Source of the DNA: a virus
Length of the DNA stretch: 57,969 nucleotides
Strand: one strand, 5' to 3'
IMG/VR virus record: IMGVR_UViG_3300027740_000002
Span: 1-57,969 of that record
The notes beneath the pieces were generated by a model. That model had not been told where the DNA came from and did no database searches. It worked only from the letters and a program-made list of their open reading frames with translations. Below are positions 52,872 through 57,969 of the stretch, piece by piece. Both the position numbers and the translations under genes were made by a program. Numbering within the stretch: position 1 is the first letter of the stretch; each line of letters opens with the position of its first letter.

Positions 52872-53080
52872 ACATCTCGGCGGACGAACAACACAAAAAC
52901 AAAGTCCGAGATAACGACAAATGGTTGTTTCAACTGCGTTGCAGGCGGGATCGAATCAAGAAGTTGATTAGAAAAAATGACTCATACGATGTAAAAACAC
53001 TCCTTGAGGCAGAGGGACACTACGTTGACGCCATGATACATTACCGTGAGCACCACGTTGAAATTAAACTGCAAGAATGA
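52868..53080 (+). CDS. Hypothetical protein
   Basis: ATG 52868 is ATGA-coupled; 70 aa. Confidence 0.45.
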   Translation: MNISADEQHKNKVRDNDKWLFQLRCRRDRIKKLIRKNDSYDVKTLLEAEGHYVDAMIHYREHHVEIKLQE

Positions 53081-53448
53081 GCGTTATGAACTCCATCAAA
53101 CAACTCTGGGGCGGCGCAGTAGAGATTTTTGAATGGCTTCGCGCTGGAGGCAACGTCGTCACGTTTAAGGAGGCGCAGTGGCGGACGAATGTTTGCAACA
53201 CTTGTAGTAAAAACGTCGAGGTCGGAAAACTAAAACTGTTCATCGCGTGGTTCGTCAGGAAGTCGCTCGAATTAAAGAACCGAACCAATCTCAGGACTCG
53301 CGATGCTGGCTCATTGGGTCAATGTCAGGATTGCGGGTGCGTTTTGCGAATTCTAGTGCTTGAGCCGCAGGATCGGATAGAGCCGTTTTTGACTGACGGG
53401 GATCGCGGGCGACTCCCTTCGTTCTGCTGGAAATTGAAGAAACCATGA
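53077..53448 (+). CDS. Cys-rich hypothetical protein
   Basis: 123 aa. Contains CNTCSKN...CQDCGC. Confidence 0.5.
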   Translation: MSVMNSIKQLWGGAVEIFEWLRAGGNVVTFKEAQWRTNVCNTCSKNVEVGKLKLFIAWFVRKSLELKNRTNLRTRDAGSLGQCQDCGCVLRILVLEPQDRIEPFLTDGDRGRLPSFCWKLKKP

Positions 53449-53703
53449 AGTTTATAGACAGAACAGGAATCAAAGTCGGTAGGTTGACCGTATTAAAATA
53501 CGATTGCAACAAACTTGGAGCAGGCCAACAATAAAAGAAACAACAGGCGGCATTTGTTCAACGGAGAATCACTTACTGCTGCGGCGTGGGCTAGGAAAAT
53601 ATCTGCCCCAAGAGATCGCATATACCGGAGGCTTGCAATGGGATGGTCAATCGAAAGAACACTAACAGAACCAGTTCACAATAATGCAGGAACTTACGCA
53701 TGA
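53445..53703 (+). pseudogene. Possible split or decayed gene of the GRLTV... / GW-HTH family (29-codon ORF 53445..53534 plus TTG-start ORF 53515..53703 in the +1 frame)
   Basis: MKFIDRTGIKVGRLTVLKYD matches the family N-terminus. LFNGESLTAAAWARKISAPRDRIYRRLAMGWSIERTL matches its C-terminal HTH. The Cys-rich middle is missing and the two halves are in different frames. Confidence 0.35.
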
Positions 53704-54746
53704 ATAAAAAACTTCTAATAGTTTTACCGGCCTGCGCGAACGACGGAGTTCTTGCAGAGAGGTTGTTGGATTTCGTTTACAAACTCAATAGCAAGAAGCC
53801 AGTCGGTCATTTGTTGATAGTTTCTAACTCAGATTTGCATCAAGAATTAAGAACTCGCCTCCGCGTCACCGCAGAAATGGCTTTCGAGTCTGTAACCGAA
53901 ACCGTCGCGCCTGTTGTGGATGCGGGACTAAGGAACTCCAAATTTCACCAACTCAACAACCTGTTCCGCCACGCCGCACTGACGGCGCAATCAAACTTCC
54001 GCTGGCCGTGGTTCTGGCTGGAGCCGGACTGCGTTCCGGTTGCCGCTGATTGGATTGCCCGTATCGCCGAAGCCTACGACGCGCAGCCGAAGAAATACAT
54101 GGGGTTGCTATCCAAGGCCGAGAAGCCATTCATGGCGCGTTGCGGCGTTTACTACCCGGTTGCCAGCTACGAACTGGACAAGTTTTTGCAGGGCGACGCG
54201 CCGTTTCCTCTGGCGACTGCGGAGAAAGTTATCCCGAGCGCGAGCCATACCGACTTGGTGCAATATCTCAACCTCGAAACGCCGGAGGATTTGGCTAAGA
54301 TTTCGACCAAGGCGGTTGTTGTTCACGGCGACAAGCTGGGGTTGTTTGCGGAGAATTTTATTTCAGACTACCATGAAACAATTGATTGTACGAATTTGAC
54401 AGCCGAGCAATGTTCTAAACTGGCAGAAAAACATGGACTGGTTTGCGCTGTAGATTGGTCACAGCCCATGCAACCCCAAGAAATCGCGAAGGAGATTTCC
54501 GATCATATTGACAAGGTAGAATTAGATCGCTACGCCACGCTTTCAATTGAGGAGATGGCGCAAACCAAGATGCCGATTCACTTGGCCGCTCAAATGAGAG
54601 AGATTGAAGCCGACAAACTGGCCAAACAGATGCCCCGCCTTTCTCGTCGCCAAAAGCGGGAATTGATGCAGAAGCCCAAGCATTCCAAACTGGATTGTGT
54701 TGCAACTGAGGGGTGTAAGAGTTCTATTGAGACGGCAACGCCATGA
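53700..54746 (+). CDS. Putative glycosyltransferase-like protein (GT-A-like, weak)
   Basis: 348 aa. LLIVLPAC..., then WPWFWLEPDCVP (acidic EPD at the position of a DxD-type motif). Assignment is tentative. Confidence 0.35.
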   Translation: MNKKLLIVLPACANDGVLAERLLDFVYKLNSKKPVGHLLIVSNSDLHQELRTRLRVTAEMAFESVTETVAPVVDAGLRNSKFHQLNNLFRHAALTAQSNFRWPWFWLEPDCVPVAADWIARIAEAYDAQPKKYMGLLSKAEKPFMARCGVYYPVASYELDKFLQGDAPFPLATAEKVIPSASHTDLVQYLNLETPEDLAKISTKAVVVHGDKLGLFAENFISDYHETIDCTNLTAEQCSKLAEKHGLVCAVDWSQPMQPQEIAKEISDHIDKVELDRYATLSIEEMAQTKMPIHLAAQMREIEADKLAKQMPRLSRRQKRELMQKPKHSKLDCVATEGCKSSIETATP

Positions 54747-55069
54747 AAGAGCCAACCCCAGAACAATGCACGAACCGAGAAAAGGTTTTTGACAAAGGCG
54801 GGCGGCATGGCTTCGCTATCTGGTATCCTCAGATGGGCGGCTATCATGGAAGGGCGGTTGCCGTCTTTGACAAGACGTGGACGGAATACGAAAACAGCAC
54901 TGCCGGAGGCTGTGTTGATGTTTACGTCTGGCACAACGGAGACTTTCCTTTTCACGAAGGCGAAAAACCGGCGATAATTCATCATTGCGATCCCCAGCAG
55001 TTCATTGAGTTCGGTAAAGACCTCAAAGAAATAAATGATGCGGGGAAAGTGATCGGCAAAGAAGCATGA
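54743..55069 (+). CDS. Hypothetical protein
   Basis: 108-aa ORF, ATGA-coupled on both sides. Confidence 0.5.
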   Translation: MKEPTPEQCTNREKVFDKGGRHGFAIWYPQMGGYHGRAVAVFDKTWTEYENSTAGGCVDVYVWHNGDFPFHEGEKPAIIHHCDPQQFIEFGKDLKEINDAGKVIGKEA

Positions 55070-57417
55070 GCGCCCAAATCAAAAACACCCCCGATTACGG
55101 TACGCCCCAAGCCGTCCTCGCCGCCATTGAGTTAATGCAGGTGCCAGAGCGCGTCCGCGCTGGCAACCGCGCCAAGATTGACAATCTCGCCCAGGGGCAG
55201 TTGCCGATGACGCCCGAGCAACAGCGCGAGAATCAGTCGAGCGTTAACGTCAACTGGGGGGAGATGGGAAAAATCATCCGGGAGGCAACCGGGATTGTAA
55301 ACAACGCCTTCCTCCACAAAGACAATTACGCGACTTATCGGCTTACCAAAGGGGAAATTGAGAAACGGGAGGAAAGGAGCCATGGGGTCACTGAGGAAGT
55401 TAATGACATCAAGCAGGGATTGGACAACTTTTTTCGACTGAGAAATCGCAATGGTACTCTGGTGTTGCATGGCATCGGCGCGCTCATGTGGACGACTGGC
55501 TTCGATTGGATGGGGCGTTTCATGCCATTGGAGGATTTACTGGTACCGACCAGCTCACTCCAGGGCTTCGCCAACTGGACGAACTTCGCTGCCAACCTTT
55601 ACCTGACTCCATCCGAGTTAATAAAGATGACTCACGAAAACTCCAATGAGGCGTCGGAGGCGGGCTGGAATCTTGCGGCAGTGCGGAAAGTCCTCGACGT
55701 TTACGGCAAGCTAAACGAGAACCCCAACAATTACCACTGGTGGGATCAACCAGAAAAGATGGTAAGCCACTGGCGAGAGAATCAAGGCGCTTACGACTGC
55801 GACAGCGTTCCCAAGGTCAATCTGGCCTGCCTCTACTACAAGTCGCAGGATGGCAAATGGTATCGCAAAATCGTGCTGAAAGACGTTGAGGCTGGAGAAG
55901 GTGTTACCGGAATAAAGCTGGCCGACGAGTTCATTTTTGACAGTGGCAAGCGCGTTTTTGCTGAGGACATCACGCGCATCCTGCATATCCAGTATGGCGA
56001 CTGCAATCCCGTTCCGCCTTACACTTATCACGGCACGCGGGGGCTTGGGGAGTTGCTGTTTGCGCCGGTTCAATATCTAAACCTGCTGCGGTCACAGTGG
56101 TTTCATCATGTGATGGAAAGTATGATGATGGGGCTTCGAATTTCCAATCCTGCCGACCGCGACCGTCCAAAGCTTGTCCATCTCAAACCAAACTTTGTAT
56201 TGGATGATGGAGTTTCGATTATTCCACAGGACGAGCGCCATCAAGTTGACCCGCGCTTGGTAGAGGGTGCGATGTCGGAGAGCCGCCAGCTACTTTCCGA
56301 ATCCAGCGCATCCTACGTGCAAGACGTGGACAACGGGACGAACCGCGAACAGACGTTGGGCGAGGCGCAAATCAAACTCCAGAACGCGAACAAGATCGTC
56401 AGCGTGATGATGGACACGCTGTACAAGTTGGAAACCTATCGCGAACAAGAAGAATTTCGCAGATTACTGCTGCCTAATAGCAGCAATGCCGACGCCAAGA
56501 GGTTTCAAGCGAAGTGTAAGGCGTTAGGAATTCCACCCGAACTAATGAAGCCGGAATGTTGGAAGATTGAAATTGAGCGGGTGGCCGGCGGCGGTGATAA
56601 AACTTTGGCTTTGCAGGAAAACATGATGATGATGCAAAACCTTCCACACTACGATACCGAATCCCAGCGGGTCATCATCCGCGATTTCACCGCAGTAGTT
56701 AAGGGCGATTGGAACAAGGCGAAGATGCTGGTTCCAAACAAGAAAGCAGAGGTCACTCGCGGTTCGATGGCGGCAGATGAGACGTTCCCGAACTTGATGC
56801 TGGGGACTCCGGTTGGCCTGCGCGAAGGAATAGAGCAACAGGATTACATCGCCGCCATGATGGAGAAAATGGACGCCGTGATTCAAAGAATCGAAGCGAC
56901 CGATCAAATGGGAACTCCACAAGATGTCATCGGACTAAAGATGGTGGCGGAGGACATCGGCCAGCATCTCGCATTGATGGCTCAGGATCAAAACAACAAG
57001 GAATTTGTCACGGCGGTTGGCAAGGAACTCGGGAAGCAAATGAACTTGGTCAAAGCGTACGAGCAGAGGCAGTCCGAGAAGTCGCAGGAAGGGCAGCAAG
57101 ACCCCGAGGCCATGCTGAAACTCCAGACCGACCAGATGGCCGCACAACAGAAGATGCAAAACGCGCAAGCCTCGTTTGAACAAAAGATGCAGCAAAGCGA
57201 AGCCAAGTTTTCCCAGAAGATTCAGCAGTCGGAGGAACAGCAAGCCGTCAGCGTCAAGCAAATGCTCGACGAGGCGCGATTGGAAATCGAAACCATGCGG
57301 ACGAAGGCCATCACCGAAATTACGGCGATGCAGGCCAAGACCGAGGCGGAGATTTCGGCGATGAAAGAGAAGGCCGCTGCCGCTCCGGTTGAAAAACCGG
57401 ATTCAAAACAAACTTGA
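55066..57417 (+). CDS. Portal protein (with a Gln-rich coiled-coil C-terminal extension)
   Basis: 783 aa. Overall layout and the C-terminal QMAAQQKMQNAQASFEQKMQQSE tail resemble T7-type connectors. Lies upstream of the scaffold across the junction. Confidence 0.6.
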   Translation: MSAQIKNTPDYGTPQAVLAAIELMQVPERVRAGNRAKIDNLAQGQLPMTPEQQRENQSSVNVNWGEMGKIIREATGIVNNAFLHKDNYATYRLTKGEIEKREERSHGVTEEVNDIKQGLDNFFRLRNRNGTLVLHGIGALMWTTGFDWMGRFMPLEDLLVPTSSLQGFANWTNFAANLYLTPSELIKMTHENSNEASEAGWNLAAVRKVLDVYGKLNENPNNYHWWDQPEKMVSHWRENQGAYDCDSVPKVNLACLYYKSQDGKWYRKIVLKDVEAGEGVTGIKLADEFIFDSGKRVFAEDITRILHIQYGDCNPVPPYTYHGTRGLGELLFAPVQYLNLLRSQWFHHVMESMMMGLRISNPADRDRPKLVHLKPNFVLDDGVSIIPQDERHQVDPRLVEGAMSESRQLLSESSASYVQDVDNGTNREQTLGEAQIKLQNANKIVSVMMDTLYKLETYREQEEFRRLLLPNSSNADAKRFQAKCKALGIPPELMKPECWKIEIERVAGGGDKTLALQENMMMMQNLPHYDTESQRVIIRDFTAVVKGDWNKAKMLVPNKKAEVTRGSMAADETFPNLMLGTPVGLREGIEQQDYIAAMMEKMDAVIQRIEATDQMGTPQDVIGLKMVAEDIGQHLALMAQDQNNKEFVTAVGKELGKQMNLVKAYEQRQSEKSQEGQQDPEAMLKLQTDQMAAQQKMQNAQASFEQKMQQSEAKFSQKIQQSEEQQAVSVKQMLDEARLEIETMRTKAITEITAMQAKTEAEISAMKEKAAAAPVEKPDSKQT

Positions 57418-57450
57418 CAAATAATTCTCAATCGGTAGGTTCGTGACGCA

Positions 57451-57720
57451 ATGAACACGCTTTCCGCCCGCGACAACTTTCACAAGACGCACAACGAAAA
57501 ACAGCGTTCGGATTTGTCGGCGCTGGTTAATTCGACCGAAGTAAAGACCGTGATGATTTACGCCGTCGCGCAAATGGTGGACTTCGGTTACTCCAAAGAG
57601 GCGCTGGCTGGTGCGGTGGCTTTCCGGCAACTCATGCTTAACATTGCCGAGCCAGTGGCGGTTGCGAGCGACTTCAAGCCAATGACAATGGACCCCGTTC
57701 CAACTCCTGACGGACGATAA
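57451..57720 (+). CDS. Hypothetical protein
   Basis: 89-aa ORF after the portal gene. Confidence 0.5.
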   Translation: MNTLSARDNFHKTHNEKQRSDLSALVNSTEVKTVMIYAVAQMVDFGYSKEALAGAVAFRQLMLNIAEPVAVASDFKPMTMDPVPTPDGR

Positions 57721-57725
57721 TTTTT

Positions 57726-57969
57726 ATGCAAGAACCGCCGCCTCAAGTTCTCATCGCCATCAGTTATTACGAACGACTAAAGGCTTCCGATGCTCTTTTG
57801 CGAGACATTGCAAAAGAAAATGCGACCAGCGTGTTCGCGGTGGATTGCGTCCAAAAGCTGCTGAATTTAATCGCTACAAGGATTAATGAGCGGCCATCCA
57901 TGATTAACACAGAAATCGTGAACACATTGATCGGGATCGCATCAAACCGAGATGGGCTTTTAGCTTCAC
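57726..57969 (+). CDS. Hypothetical protein, 5-prime part (continues through the repeat to the stop at 151-153 of the circle)
   Basis: ATG 57726. Open to the window end. The frame matches frame 1 of bases 1-153, giving about 90 aa in total. Confidence 0.5.
   Translation, partial: MQEPPPQVLIAISYYERLKASDALLRDIAKENATSVFAVDCVQKLLNLIATRINERPSMINTEIVNTLIGIASNRDGLLAS
57843..57969. repeat. Terminal direct repeat, right copy (identical to 1..127)
   Basis: Same 127 nt as the window start. Confidence 0.95.

Overview
The window appears to be a complete tailed dsDNA phage genome. Bases 1-127 repeat exactly at 57843-57969, giving a 57,842-bp unit, and one ORF reads across that junction. I found no rRNA, CRISPR array, integrase, DNA or RNA polymerase, or recognisable endolysin.

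Layout, treating the sequence as a circle:
- Late/virion block on the + strand (36330 through the junction to 14151): collagen-like protein, an 845-aa tail protein, a repeat-rich fibre, an Ig-domain protein, a 1649-aa internal-protein candidate, portal, scaffold, putative major capsid, a family of fibre-like genes, and a lysis-like end.
- Early block of small genes on the - strand (14356-22642): a RecT / PD-(D/E)XK exonuclease pair and two secreted proteins.
- A short + block (22735-24456).
- A 600-bp convergent gap (24457-25055) with DnaA-box-like iterons, a candidate origin.
- Replication genes on + (25830-28072, including DnaB).
- Further blocks on alternating strands, carrying a RuvC-like resolvase and, on the - strand, the large terminase (33826-35712).

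Most unusual features:
1. Three separate glycosyltransferase / SAM-methyltransferase islands lie inside the virion operons: 2313-8579, 41786-43065 and 53700-54746.
2. A roughly 100-nt hairpin-like junction element recurs five times between small early genes. Its CCTAACG arm also occurs six times in an operator-like cluster at 25716-25785.
3. Six copies of a Cys-containing roughly 35-aa module head four consecutive fibre-region genes. The last of these is broken by a frame change at a G5 run.
4. A tRNA-like element has a perfect T-arm, acceptor strand and CCA, but there is no integrase.

All functional calls come from motifs I recognised by eye in the translations. No database search was run, so the family assignments are provisional.
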